DNA from: Nitrospinaceae bacterium
GTDB lineage: Bacteria; Nitrospinota; Nitrospinia; Nitrospinales; VA-1
Assembly (NCBI GenBank): GCA_023271875.1
Contig: JALPWY010000001.1
Coordinates: 6,091 to 70,090 of the forward strand
Direction: 5' to 3'
DNA length: 64,000 bases
Part shown: positions 10,312-22,361 of the stretch, in pieces
Numbering within the stretch: position 1 is the stretch's first letter
Layout: the number at the start of each line of letters is the position of its first letter
Position numbers and translations under genes: made by a program
Notes under the pieces: generated by a model
Seen by the model: the letters and a program-made list of their open reading frames with translations, nothing else
Databases searched by the model: none
Told to the model about the DNA's origin: nothing

Positions 10312-10661
10312 TTAAATTTAAAAAGTAAAGTTATTGAACCCTATTCAGCGGTAATCATTGCACACGGACTCAACACACTTACAGTTGCCGTAATGGGATA
10401 GGAGGGGATAGGCATTCCCCACTACTCTTCTAAAGATGTTGGACCTGTGATAGATATTCCTTTCGATCACGTGATCACCGTGTGTAGTCACGCCGAACTA
10501 TCTTGTCCTGTTTTCCCGGGAAAACCCAAGTCTCTCATGTCAATTTTGATGACCCACCCAATCTTGCAAAATCTGCAAAAAGTGAAGAGGTGGCTTTATC
10601 TTACTTTCGCCGCGTGAGAGACAAAACTCGTATCTTCATAGAAACATTACCATTAAAATAA
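10312..10661 (+). pseudogene. arsC: Thioredoxin-dependent arsenate reductase (LMW-PTPase fold) remnant
   Basis: VIEPYSAVIIAHGLN..VAVMG*(TAG 10399)..FDHVITVCSHAELSCPVFPGK, 1-nt frameshift near 10523, then HVNFDDPP..YFRRVRDKTRIFIETLP*. The N-terminal CxxNxxRS loop is not recognisable. Confidence 0.82.
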
Positions 10662-10815
10662 TTTAAAAAATTCCTTTACCACACCGCCACATGATTCATT
10701 GATGATTTGCAAAAGTCTTTATCTTACGTTACGCTCAAAATTATAAATAAACTAATGATTCGTGTCCGTGGGTATGAGTTCAAAAAAACTGTGCCGCGTG
10801 AAAATCATTTAGCTG

Positions 10816-11979
10816 ATGAAACTTATGAGGGGATTCCTAGCGAAAAAATTCTATTCCACGTTACTGATTCCAGTTTTACATGTGGCCTCAATATCTTTTG
10901 CGGTGGACGCCTTAGCGGAGCCTTCTACCGAGAATTATCGTGATACCCTGCATGTTGGAGTGGTTGGAGATACCGGAATTGGCGAGCGGGCTTATCACCC
11001 AGGCTTTATAGCAGTAGCCACGGCTTTAAAAAATCATCGCCCCGATCTACTATTACATCTTGGAGACTTTCTTTATCAATCCAAAATATTTCCCAAAGCC
11101 TGCCCAGAGCGACACCTCCCTGAAATAAAAAAAACCCTTACTGACCCTTTCAAATTTAAATTATTTGTCCCTGGCGATAATGACCTGCCTCCAAACAAAA
11201 AAAAACCAAAAGGCTCAGGGTGTTGGGAAAAAATTGACGCGATGGACAGTACTTTTGATTCTTATCCAACATCCACCCATGAACCAAGAGCCTACGAAGG
11301 GACCATGACCATTGGCAACACTTTCTTTGCGATTCTCAATACATACCCATGGGAAGATCCAACAGCTTGGCTCGGTCCTCGAATCAAAAAAGCAAAAAAA
11401 CAAGGGTTCTGGACTATTATTGCCTTGCACGAGCCCGCCATTACCACAGCATGGTATCTTGAAAAACGAGACACGGTGTTAAAACAACTTACTGCACTTA
11501 AGCCAGACCTTGTGTTTGCAGGCAATCAACACTCTTATGAACGATTTCATCAAATTAAGGAACCCAAACAAGATGGGTCAATTCCTTTTGTATTATCTAA
11601 ATCAGGGGATTATTTAAAAGGAGATGGAACCATTTTTGTGGTTTCAGGCGGGGGTGGCGCTTATATCAAACCGTTCGCTGATCAACAAGGATTTAAAAAA
11701 CGAACCGCACCGAAGGCGGTTTTTGACGCACTCGCCAAACGCGCCCTCATGAACCATTTCTTAATTCTCGAAATAGCACAAGAAAAACTACAAGCAACAA
11801 CCTATCGAGTCTGTCTAGAAAAAAATACAAAGGACAAGAGAAATCTAAGATGGAAACCAGATAAACCTATGTGGGATTCTATTACACTAGAATGCGAAGG
11901 ACAAAAAACGGGTATCACCGCCTCCGACCAATTTCAAATCCAACTCAAAAAAAGGCCTACACAAAAAAGAATTAACTAA
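10816..11979 (+). CDS. Secreted calcineurin-like metallophosphoesterase (purple acid phosphatase-like)
   Basis: Signal peptide; motifs GDTG, LGDFLY, PGDND, LHEP, AGNQHSYER, VSGGGGA. Confidence 0.8.
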   Translation: MKLMRGFLAKKFYSTLLIPVLHVASISFAVDALAEPSTENYRDTLHVGVVGDTGIGERAYHPGFIAVATALKNHRPDLLLHLGDFLYQSKIFPKACPERHLPEIKKTLTDPFKFKLFVPGDNDLPPNKKKPKGSGCWEKIDAMDSTFDSYPTSTHEPRAYEGTMTIGNTFFAILNTYPWEDPTAWLGPRIKKAKKQGFWTIIALHEPAITTAWYLEKRDTVLKQLTALKPDLVFAGNQHSYERFHQIKEPKQDGSIPFVLSKSGDYLKGDGTIFVVSGGGGAYIKPFADQQGFKKRTAPKAVFDALAKRALMNHFLILEIAQEKLQATTYRVCLEKNTKDKRNLRWKPDKPMWDSITLECEGQKTGITASDQFQIQLKKRPTQKRIN

Positions 11980-11983
11980 CGAG

Positions 11984-12946
<963 letters not shown>

Positions 12947-13258
12947 TTAAGATCAATTTAAAAAATTCTTCTGCCTTGACAACCAACCCCAAGTCAACTC
13001 TCAATCCAAACTATTTTGTCAAGATATCCCATAGCTGACTAATTTAAAAAAAATATTTTTTCAAAAGTTTTGATTTTTAATTTTAAAGTTTGACATGAAA
13101 AACGGAGCAAAACTTAACGTGCTAATCAGTTTACAAATCTATATAGTTTCTAACTATAGGAATATAGCTTGCTGGTAGATTGGGGTAAGGTAAATTAGAA
13201 TATTACTCCCTAATTTGTCAAGCGATTTTGATTAGCAAGAATAAGGATTATCTAAACT

Positions 13259-15968
13259 ATGGATTTTACAAACCCAAAACACTCATTTGGAATTGATTTC
13301 AGTGTCATTCCATCTATTTCAGATAACCTAGCAGAACTAACAAAACCTATTTCTGTTTTAAAAAGCCTGATCAAGGTCGAACAGGATAAAATAAAACAGT
13401 TTCACCGTTCTGGTGCTGGGGGACGCGAAGTGGTTCAGGTTCACACTTCTCTTATAGACTCAGTTATATGTCACTTAATAGAAGAATTAGCGGCCTCTAG
13501 AAAAAAACCTTCTCCTAGCACTCTTTTGGAAGAATTTTCTTTAATCGCCGTGGGTGGTTACGGACGTGGGGAACTAAATCCTAGTTCAGATATCGATCTT
13601 CTTTTTTTAACATCAAAAAATATTCGCCGATCGACCGATTTGCTTATTCAAGATTTTATCCCAATCTTATGGGATCTTGGGTTAGAAGTGGGATCAAGCT
13701 GTCGGACCCTGCAAGAATCCTTACTCCTAGCTGAAAAAGATATTACTGCCAAAACTTCGATGATTGAAACGCGCTTTATGATTGGAAGCCAAATAAAGTA
13801 TAAAAAGTTTTTCCAATCCATTGAAAAAAATTCATTAAGAAAAAATATCAAAGGGTTTCTTGACGAAAAATCTAAGGAAAAAAACCTTCGCTACAAGGAG
13901 GGAGTTGGGCCAGCTAGTGACCCAGAACCGAACATTAAAGAGGGTGTAGGAGGGCTGCGAGATTATCACACTGCATTATGGGCTGTGGCCATCAGATTTG
14001 GGTGCCTATCTTTCCGAGAAATACCTCGCAACGATATTATCACATCAGAAGAAATAGACATTCTAAACCTGTCTATCGACTTCACTTTAAGAGTCCGCAA
14101 TGAACTCCATTATCTGAAAAACAAAAAACAGGACGTCCTTACTCATGATTTGCAAAAAGAAGCAAGCACCAATTTAGGATATAAAGAAACGAACGAAGCA
14201 CTCAGGGTCGAAGAGTTCATGCACAACTATTTCATTCACGCAACTAATATCCACCAATATTCGGAAATTATATTTCAACGGTGTATCGAGACTAGACGAA
14301 CCGTAAAAAAGGTGCTTTCCTCATTGGTAAAAAAGAACCTGGGATATGGGTTCCATGCATCCGGAGAAAACTTAACAATCGAAGAGGAGGGTTCTGATGC
14401 TCTGTTTAGGGAAAATCCAAGTCTGATCCTAACTGCATTCGAATTATGCCAAACACACAACCTTGAACCTACATATCAAATCAAACGATTAATAAAAAAA
14501 CAAATCCATTCATTAGGCGAGGTGCTTGCTAAAGAAAGTAAAATTAAAAGTTTTATTTTAAATAGTCTAAAAAATTCTAATTCAGAGAAATCCCTTCGTG
14601 TCATGCATGAAGTTGGAGTCTTAGGTTTGCTTTTACCCGAGTATGGGCGCTCTCATTGCAGGGTGAGTTACGACTTTTACCACCACTACACAGCTGATGA
14701 ACACTCCCTGCGCATGATTCGTTTTCTTGAAGAACTTGAAAACAAACCAAGTAGCTTTAAGGAATTTTCCGAAAGCTACAAACAGTTAAACTCTAAAGTT
14801 TTGCTCAAGTTATCGACCTGCATTCAACCTATCAGAGAAAAAAAAGATTCAGAAACCACCAAAGAACATTCGAAAATTCTTTCACTGGCAACTGCGCACC
14901 TCGACTTAAATACCGAAGAATTAGAAACTATAGGGTTTTTAGCAAGTAATGCTTATCTAATGATAGAAACAGCTCTTCACGATGATATCCGTCAGCCAAG
15001 AGTTATAGAAAATTTTGCAAAAAAAATGGGTTCCATCGAAAAACTGGACTTGCTATATTTGCGTAGTTACGCCGAACTTCGGGCTGTCGCTCCAGGTACT
15101 TTGACCTCATGGAAAAAAGTCCTTATTTCTGAGTTACATCAGAGGTCACGAGGTTATTTCAAATATCCTGAATCACTGCGCTCACGACCACTCACAACCT
15201 GGGTTGAAGTCTATAAAATTCTGCACTGGGAATTCCCCCCAGAAGATCTAGAATTTCATTTTAATAATATCCCTGAGGACTATTTAGAAACGGTTGAAGT
15301 AGAAGAAGCGGCTCTACACATGCGATTGATACGATCCTTGAAAGACAAATCTTTTATATTTAACCATAGCTACAATGATGAAGGGAAGTTTCATCAACTT
15401 ATTCTTTGTTGCCCGGTAAAATTTGATGCTTTCAAAATACTGGTAGGCACCCTCACTGCCCAAAGTATAAACATATTGGGAGCTAAAATTTTTATAAGAA
15501 AAGACGGAATAATTATTATCAGTGCTAACATTGAGGAAACCGAAAAGACAATTGCAGGAGACTTAGAAATATGGAAAAACCTTAAGCAAAACCTGAGTAC
15601 TATCTTCGAGGGACATGAAAACTTGTCGAAGCTTTTAGCTCAAAGAACTCGATATATCTCAGAAAAAAAAATAACCACAGCAATAACTCCAAAAGTTAAG
15701 GTGGACAACGCAAGTGACCCGCATTTTTCCATCGTTCGCATTGAAGCCCGTGACCATTTGGGGATGTTGTATAAAATATCAAAGGTCTTCTCTGAACTCG
15801 ATATCCGAATACATAGCGCTAAAGTTTCTACTCAGGGGGGGGCGAGGTATTGACGTGTTCTACGTATCCCATCAAAACAAAAAAATTCTTTTCGAAAAAC
15901 TAGTTCGCCGCACTAAGGAAAAAATTATCTCCGCTATGATGGTCAAAAATCCAGAAGAACTTGGCTAA
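13259..15968 (+). CDS. glnD: [Protein-PII] uridylyltransferase; +1 frameshift in the C-terminal ACT domain
   Basis: AVGGYGRGELNPSSDIDLLFL NTase motif, EPNIKEGVGGLRDYH, YHHYTADEHSL, ACT motif EARDHLGMLY. The ORF stops at 15853; removing one G from the G8 run at 15835-15842 restores STQGGRGIDVFYV and reads to 15968. Confidence 0.9.
15835..15842 (+). repeat. G8 homopolymer at the glnD frameshift
   Basis: ctcaGGGGGGGGcgagg; seven G's would keep the frame. Confidence 0.85.
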
Positions 15969-15975
15969 ATAACCT

Positions 15976-16350
15976 ATGCCCTCCTGCAAAAAAATCATAA
16001 GAAATACATTGGGCTATTTAATCCTAGCCTTAAACACCGTAGCAGCTAACCATCTCATTCCAATTAGTGAAGTTCCTTTAGGGGAAAAAATTTACCATGA
16101 CCGTTGTGAAGTCTGTCATGGGAGTCAAGGTGACGGAAAGACATTTGCGGCAAATGCTCTCTTCCCACCACCAAAAAACTTTACAGCAGAAGCTACCAAA
16201 AAGGCTCTACCTCGAGAGCGAATGATACGTTCCGTTACAAGAGGGCGACCTGGCACCGCCATGATGCCCTGGGAAAGTATTCTTAGTAAACAAGAAATCC
16301 ATTCCGTAGTGAACTACATTCGGCAAATTTTGATGGGCCTGCAAAAATAA
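15976..16350 (+). CDS. Monoheme class I cytochrome c
   Basis: Signal-like N-terminus, CEVCH heme motif, distal Met in GRPGTAMMPW. Confidence 0.9.
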   Translation: MPSCKKIIRNTLGYLILALNTVAANHLIPISEVPLGEKIYHDRCEVCHGSQGDGKTFAANALFPPPKNFTAEATKKALPRERMIRSVTRGRPGTAMMPWESILSKQEIHSVVNYIRQILMGLQK

Positions 16351-16370
16351 AATAACTAACCAATAAGTGT

Positions 16371-16387
16371 GAGAAGGTTGCCTTCTC
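16371..16387. terminator. Hairpin between convergent genes (possible terminator)
   Basis: GAGAAGG-TTG-CCTTCTC perfect 7-bp stem; no clear U tract. Confidence 0.3.
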
Positions 16388-16409
16388 TCCAGAGAAACCT
16401 AACCGAGGG

Positions 16410-16718
16410 TCACACCTTCAACCTCTTCCCTAATTTATCTTCTACCGAGGCTATTTTTGATGTCAGCCGACCTTTTTCCCCCTCTCGATAATCGATTTTC
16501 ACGGAACAAGTGATACGCTTGCAGTCGGACCTCATTGTTTCATAACACCTCTTTACTACAGTCATAACCTCATCCCATTCTCCCTCAAGAACTGTACCCA
16601 TGGGGTTGAGGCGGTAATCAACTCCACTTTCCGAAATTATCTTAAGTGATCTGCTTACGTAATCACTTACACTTTCTCCTTTGTCCATGGGAGACATACT
16701 AAATTCCAAAAGCACCAT
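16410..16718 (-). CDS. MTH1187/YkoF-family thiamine-binding protein
   Basis: EFSMSP..KGESVSDYV..YRLNPMGTVLEGEWDEV..KIDYR pattern. Confidence 0.88.
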   Translation of the reverse strand: MVLLEFSMSPMDKGESVSDYVSRSLKIISESGVDYRLNPMGTVLEGEWDEVMTVVKRCYETMRSDCKRITCSVKIDYREGEKGRLTSKIASVEDKLGKRLKV

Positions 16719-16937
16719 ACTTTTTACCCTCCACAGAGTTTATCAATTTAGATTATTTAGCTACATCTTGTTATTTGATGAAGAGCTCTTGCTCTCTCAT
16801 TAAACAACTGTGCCTAAAATAGGGTACCTTATCATAAAAAATTACTTGCATTTTAGACCCATGATATGAAAATATGAGCAAATCCATTCGAAATCCAGAC
16901 GGGTTGTCGGAAATCCAAGTAAAGGCGGTATGGCTCT

Positions 16938-18020
16938 TTGGCCAAGATTCGTGATATTCGTAACAACATAGATCAAATCGATGATCAGTTGCTCAAGCTG
17001 ATAAACAGACGTGGTGAACTTGCCATAAAAATTGGCCAGGAAAAATCCCGGGAAAATAGTTCAAAGCATTTTCACGTCCCACACCGAGAACACTCAATCA
17101 TTGAGCGGATCACGCAAAACAGCAATGGGCCATTTCCCGATGAATCTCTGAAGTCTGTATTTCGTGAAATCTTTTCAGCAACTCTTGCCCTTGAAAAACC
17201 GCTCCGGATAGGTTTTCTCGGTCCCGAAACAACTTTCAGTCATCAGGCCGCGATTAAACAATTCGGCCATTCATCGAAATTCGTAGCAAGTCCTAATATT
17301 GAATCTATCTTTCGCCAAGTCGAAAAAGACGAGTGTGATTATGGCGTGGTTCCGGTTGAAAATTCCATTGAAGGAGTAATCAACTTAACTTTAGATTGTT
17401 TTGTAGATTCGCCCTTATTAATTTGCGACGAAATAAAAAGTACTATCTCGCTTTACCTGCTTTCCAAAGCTAAAGACCAAAAAAAAATAAAAACTATATA
17501 TTCTCACCCTCAGCCCTTAGGGCAATGCCGACAATGGCTAAATCTTAATCTACCAAACGCACTGCAAATTCCCACTTCTAGCACCGCTAGTGCCGCGGAA
17601 ACGGTGGCCAGAAAATCAACTTGTGCTGCTATCGCGGGCATACTCGCTGCAGAAACATATAATTTGAGTATCCTTGCAGAAAATATTCAAGACAGAGTCG
17701 CAAATCACACCCGTTTTTTAGTTATCGGCAAAGACGCAGCCAAGAAAGTAAAGCAGAACAAAACATCAATTATGTTTTCTATTCGAGATGAAGCAGGGTC
17801 CCTCCTCAAGGTCCTGCAACTATTCGCTCGCAACAAAATAAACCTAACAAAAATTCAATCGCGTCCACTTAGAGACCGACCTTGGGAATATCTGTTTTAT
17901 GTAGATCTGGAAGGACACATCCAAGATTCAGCAGTAAAAAATTCCGTGGAAACACTTAAAAAAATGAGTCTATTCTTGAGGCTACTGGGTTCCTACCCAC
18001 AGGAAGGCTTGAAAAGATGA
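16938..18020 (+). CDS. pheA: Chorismate mutase/prephenate dehydratase
   Basis: IRNNIDQIDDQLLKLINRR mutase domain, FLGPETTFSH, VVPVENS, NHTRFLV, KIQSRP ACT domain. Confidence 0.95.
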   Translation: MAKIRDIRNNIDQIDDQLLKLINRRGELAIKIGQEKSRENSSKHFHVPHREHSIIERITQNSNGPFPDESLKSVFREIFSATLALEKPLRIGFLGPETTFSHQAAIKQFGHSSKFVASPNIESIFRQVEKDECDYGVVPVENSIEGVINLTLDCFVDSPLLICDEIKSTISLYLLSKAKDQKKIKTIYSHPQPLGQCRQWLNLNLPNALQIPTSSTASAAETVARKSTCAAIAGILAAETYNLSILAENIQDRVANHTRFLVIGKDAAKKVKQNKTSIMFSIRDEAGSLLKVLQLFARNKINLTKIQSRPLRDRPWEYLFYVDLEGHIQDSAVKNSVETLKKMSLFLRLLGSYPQEGLKR

Positions 18021-18889
18021 ATCCATTTGAACGCGTGTCCATTATTGGAGTTGGCCTTTTAGGGGGATCACTTGCTAAGGTTTTGCGTAAACTAAGTTTA
18101 GCGAAGTCAATTATTGGGTACGGACGCAACAAAGCTAATCTGAATGAGGCGAAAAAACTAAATATCATAGACGATGTAGCACCTGATATTCAATCTGCAG
18201 CAAAGGATACAGATTTAATTGTTTTTTGCTCTCCAGTGCAAACCATTGCGCAACTCGCAATGGAGATGGGTCCACATATCAAACCTGGTTGTTTAGTGAC
18301 TGATGTAGGGTCAACAAAAGAAACTCTTATTTCGGAAATAGAAAAGGTTTTTCCGGAAGGCATTTCTTTCATTGGCGCGCACCCAATTGCAGGCGGAGAG
18401 ATGTCGGGATTCCGTTTATCATCAGATACTTTATTCGACGGCGCCCATTGTATTCTCACTCCAACAGGTAAAACAGATCCGGAATCTTTAAAAAGAGCCA
18501 TCGAACTTTGGAAAACTATTGGAATGCAAGTATCCATAATGGATCCCAAAGAGCACGATTTTATTTTTGGAGCAGTTAGCCATTTGCCACATGTTTTAAT
18601 TTTTGCATTGATGAACACTCTTGGCGGTATGAAGTCTGAAAATTATGACCGAATAACATCTTTTTCAGGCTCCGGACTCAGGGATATAACTCGGATAGCT
18701 GCCAGTGAACCTGCAATGTGGAGAGATATTTGCGTCTCAAACAAAGATTTTATTTTGTATTTTCTGGACCAATTTCAGGAAACCCTTAGCCATCTTAGAT
18801 CGGGCATTGAACAAGAAAACGGCACTCTATTGACCCAGCAATTTAAAATTGCAAATCAACACCGGCTCAATCTTGTTAGCAAAACATGA
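18017..18889 (+). CDS. tyrA: Prephenate/arogenate dehydrogenase
   Basis: GVGLLGGS, TDVGSTK, HPIAG, HD..VSHLPH, LRDITRIA. Confidence 0.93.
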   Translation: MNPFERVSIIGVGLLGGSLAKVLRKLSLAKSIIGYGRNKANLNEAKKLNIIDDVAPDIQSAAKDTDLIVFCSPVQTIAQLAMEMGPHIKPGCLVTDVGSTKETLISEIEKVFPEGISFIGAHPIAGGEMSGFRLSSDTLFDGAHCILTPTGKTDPESLKRAIELWKTIGMQVSIMDPKEHDFIFGAVSHLPHVLIFALMNTLGGMKSENYDRITSFSGSGLRDITRIAASEPAMWRDICVSNKDFILYFLDQFQETLSHLRSGIEQENGTLLTQQFKIANQHRLNLVSKT

Positions 18890-19551
18890 TTATTGCTATA
18901 GATGGACCTGCGGGAAGTGGCAAAAGCACCATCGCAAAGATAGTCGCAGAAAAATTAAATTTTCGATACATAGACACGGGGTCCATGTATCGATCGGTTG
19001 CCTGGAAAAGCTTGCAAAAAAATACTGCTCTCAAGGATGAAGATGCAGTTGCTGATATTGCTTCTAAAGTCCAAATCGAACTTGTTCCCGGAAATAATGG
19101 ACAACTGGTATTCGTCGATGGAAAAAATATTACTGACCAATTGAAAGTGGAAGAAATTAGTCGTGGAGCAGCGATTGTGGCAGCACAACCAATGATTCGA
19201 AAAATCATGACAACCAAGCAACGAAAACTGGGCAAACAAGGTAACGTTGTTATGGATGGTAGAGATATCGGGACAGTCGTTTTTCCTCAAGCTGAAAAAA
19301 AGTTTTTCCTGGATGCCGATCCAAAAGAACGTGGGCGCCGTCGATTTATTGAGCTAAAAGAAAAAGATCAGGCCAAAAACACTGACCTTTCAATCATAAT
19401 TGAACAAATAGTTCAAAGAGACCATGAAGATCGCAATAGAAAAATAGCACCTCTCAAACAAGCGAAAGATGCCATGCTCATCGACACAACTTTTCTCAGT
19501 ATCGATCAGGTGGTTAAAGAAATCATAAAAACCATTAATCCGAGTTCGTAA
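18886..19551 (+). CDS. cmk: Cytidylate kinase
   Basis: IAIDGPAGSGKST, DTGSMYR, MDGRDIGTVVFP. Confidence 0.96.
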   Translation: MIIAIDGPAGSGKSTIAKIVAEKLNFRYIDTGSMYRSVAWKSLQKNTALKDEDAVADIASKVQIELVPGNNGQLVFVDGKNITDQLKVEEISRGAAIVAAQPMIRKIMTTKQRKLGKQGNVVMDGRDIGTVVFPQAEKKFFLDADPKERGRRRFIELKEKDQAKNTDLSIIIEQIVQRDHEDRNRKIAPLKQAKDAMLIDTTFLSIDQVVKEIIKTINPSS

Positions 19552-19624
19552 TTTTTTTAACGACTCTATTATCAACTTAAGCTTTTGCAAATGCTTTATT
19601 AATTCAAGAAAGAATTTTTTTATC

Positions 19625-21340
19625 ATGACTAAATCTAAAATCAAAACAACATTTGAAGATGACTTCGATGAAGAAGAAAAACTTTCTTCTGAGGACCAGG
19701 TGGCTTGGGATGAAATGGAAAAATATTTTTCTGAGAGTCTGCACCAATTTAAAGAAGGCCAGATTATTCAAGGCACCGTAATAGAACTAGCCAAAGGTGT
19801 GGCGACAATTGACATTGGGTTTAAATCTGAAGGGGCCATCAATTTACACGAGTTCCCGAATAATGGTCAAGATATGTCTGTGGGGGACGAGGTAGAAGTT
19901 TTTCTAGAACGGTCAGAAGATAATGAAGGGAACGTTGTTCTATCCAAAGAGAAGGCAAACAAAATTAAATTATGGGACGAACTGGTCGCCAAACATGAAG
20001 CCGAAGAAATTATCGAGGGCACTATTATCGCGAAGGCAAAAGGTGGGCTGACTGTAGATATTGGTCTCAAAGCATTTCTTCCTGGTTCTCAAATTGACTT
20101 ACGTCCCATACGAAATCTGGAAAAATTGATTGGTGAAGTTTTCCAAATGCGCATTATTAAGATGAACAAAAAACGCGGCAATATTGTCCTATCCAGAAGA
20201 GCTTTACTCGAAGAGAAACGCCTGCATAGTCGCACTGAAACCCTACAACAATTAGAAGAAAATAGCCTTATTGCAGGTGTTGTCAAAAATATCACTGAAT
20301 ATGGCATTTTCGTCGATTTGGGTGGTATTGACGGATTACTCCATATCACAGACATGTCTTGGGGACGTGTTAACCACCCCTCCGAAATGTTTTCAATGGG
20401 CGATAAATTAGAGGTAATGGTACTCAAATTCGACAAAGAAAAAGAACGCGTTTCACTCGGACTGAAACAAATCACCCCAGACCCCTGGGTTAATGTAGAT
20501 GAAAAGTACCCCGTTAATAAACAGATAAAGGGGAAAATTGTTAGCATTACTGATTACGGTGTTTTTGTTGAATTAGAAAAAGGGATTGAAGGCCTAGTTC
20601 ATATATCTGAAATGAGTTGGAGTAGACATATCAAGCATCCAAGTAAAATAGTTTCTATTAGAGATGAGGTTAATGCTGTGGTTCTTACTCTCGACAAAGA
20701 AAAGAAACGTATTTCACTTGGGATGAAACAAATGGAATCTAATCCATGGGAGGATATTGAAGGGAAGTACCTTGTTGGTGCTGAAGTCACTGGCACAATT
20801 AGAAATTTGACTGATTTTGGTGCTTTTATTGAATTAGAAAATGGAGTGGATGGTCTTATACACATTTCAGATTTGAGCTGGAAAAAAATTAAACACCCAT
20901 CGGAAATCCTTAAGAAAAAAGATGAGGTTAAAACGATTGTACTTAACATTGATAAAAGCAATTGCCGCATTTCCCTTGGTGTTAAACAACTGCAGCCGGA
21001 TCCTTGGGATGATATTGCCAAAAATTATTCTGTCGGAATGAATATTGAAGGAACAATTATTAAAATAACCGGGTTTGGTGCGTTTGCTGAGTTTGGAGAC
21101 GGCCTAGAAGGTTTGATTCATATAACACAGCTGGATTCAAAAAATGTTTCTCAACCAGATAAAGCCCTTGAGGTTGGCCAAAAAATTCAGGCCAAAATCA
21201 TCAAGGTAGATGTGAGCAATAAAAAAATTGCTCTGAGTATCAAAGCTTATAAAGAAAATCTAAACTTGGAAGCTATCAAGCAAGAACAAAATCGCTTGGA
21301 AGCATTCAAGGAAGAAGAAAACGAACAAACAACTGATTAA
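19625..21340 (+). CDS. rpsA: 30S ribosomal protein S1
   Basis: Six S1 repeats (DIGFKSEG, AFLPGSQID, DGLLHITDMSW, EGLVHISEMSW and others). Confidence 0.97.
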   Translation: MTKSKIKTTFEDDFDEEEKLSSEDQVAWDEMEKYFSESLHQFKEGQIIQGTVIELAKGVATIDIGFKSEGAINLHEFPNNGQDMSVGDEVEVFLERSEDNEGNVVLSKEKANKIKLWDELVAKHEAEEIIEGTIIAKAKGGLTVDIGLKAFLPGSQIDLRPIRNLEKLIGEVFQMRIIKMNKKRGNIVLSRRALLEEKRLHSRTETLQQLEENSLIAGVVKNITEYGIFVDLGGIDGLLHITDMSWGRVNHPSEMFSMGDKLEVMVLKFDKEKERVSLGLKQITPDPWVNVDEKYPVNKQIKGKIVSITDYGVFVELEKGIEGLVHISEMSWSRHIKHPSKIVSIRDEVNAVVLTLDKEKKRISLGMKQMESNPWEDIEGKYLVGAEVTGTIRNLTDFGAFIELENGVDGLIHISDLSWKKIKHPSEILKKKDEVKTIVLNIDKSNCRISLGVKQLQPDPWDDIAKNYSVGMNIEGTIIKITGFGAFAEFGDGLEGLIHITQLDSKNVSQPDKALEVGQKIQAKIIKVDVSNKKIALSIKAYKENLNLEAIKQEQNRLEAFKEEENEQTTD

Positions 21341-21367
21341 CTTTAATAATGCAATTTTAGGATATTT

Positions 21368-22267
21368 GTGGAAATGGTAGATTCAGAGAGAAAAAAATCA
21401 CCTTTGGCTAAAAGATTGTTATTTCTCGCACTCATACTGCTCGCTCTTGTCGGTATTTCATCTATTACCTCAGAATGGGTGCAACAAGGAACCAAAAATA
21501 GGATTGGTATCGTTGATATAACTGGTCTCATTAGCGACTCCCAGTATATTGTCAATCAAGTTAAAAAATTTCGCCAAGATAAACGCATTCGGGGAATCAT
21601 CCTTAGGATCGATTCCCCGGGTGGCGCTGTCGGTCCATCTCAGGAGATTTACAATGAGGTTCTCAAAACCCGCGAGAGTGGTAAAACCATCTACGCTTCA
21701 ATGGGCGCACTAGCTGCATCGGGAGGCTATTATATCGCTAGTGCTGCCGAAAAAATTTTTGCAAATCCAGGAACCTTAACCGGTAGCATTGGCGTAATCA
21801 TGGTATTCTCTAACGCTAAAGGATTAATGGAAAAAATCGGCCTTCAACCTGAAATTGTTAAAGCAGGCGAATACAAAGATATAGGCTCTCCCGCTCGTGC
21901 CATGAGTGAAAAGGAAAGGAATCTCCTCCAAAGCGTGGTGACTGATGTACATCAACAATTCATAGAAGCGGTCGCTAGTGGACGCGATATTAGTGTTGAG
22001 AAAGTCACCAAAATAGCCGATGGAAGAATTTTAACTGGGCGCCAAGCATATTCTCTTAACTTGGTAGACCAAATGGGTGGACTTCAAGTTAGCATTGATC
22101 AAATTGCACATAAAGTTGGGATTATAGGGGCCCCAAAAATTATTAAAGAAACACCGCGTGTTGGATTCTTAGACTGGGTTCTCAAGTCTACAGTAAATCA
22201 ATCACTTATAAATCGATCTTCAATCCCATCCCTGCAATATACATGGCATTTCAATAGCTTACACTAA
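21368..22267 (+). CDS. sppA: Signal peptide peptidase SppA (36K type, S49)
   Basis: RIDSPGG, AASGGYYIA, TGSIGV, KAGEYKD, ADGRILTG. Confidence 0.93.
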   Translation: MEMVDSERKKSPLAKRLLFLALILLALVGISSITSEWVQQGTKNRIGIVDITGLISDSQYIVNQVKKFRQDKRIRGIILRIDSPGGAVGPSQEIYNEVLKTRESGKTIYASMGALAASGGYYIASAAEKIFANPGTLTGSIGVIMVFSNAKGLMEKIGLQPEIVKAGEYKDIGSPARAMSEKERNLLQSVVTDVHQQFIEAVASGRDISVEKVTKIADGRILTGRQAYSLNLVDQMGGLQVSIDQIAHKVGIIGAPKIIKETPRVGFLDWVLKSTVNQSLINRSSIPSLQYTWHFNSLH

Positions 22268-22361
22268 TTCTTACCATTCTATCTCGTCTAAAACTCTTAC
22301 AACCAACATGAACTCTAAGCCCAATGTGGCCCGCTCCCTTAAAGTCATTTAAAATAATGGG

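Noticed and set aside
15714..15968. 84-aa ORF as an independent gene
   Set aside because: Its C-terminal half is the frameshifted tail of glnD.
16938..19551. hisC and aroA absent from the pheA-tyrA-cmk cluster
   Set aside because: Such rearrangements are common, the gene junctions overlap cleanly, and the genes are probably elsewhere.
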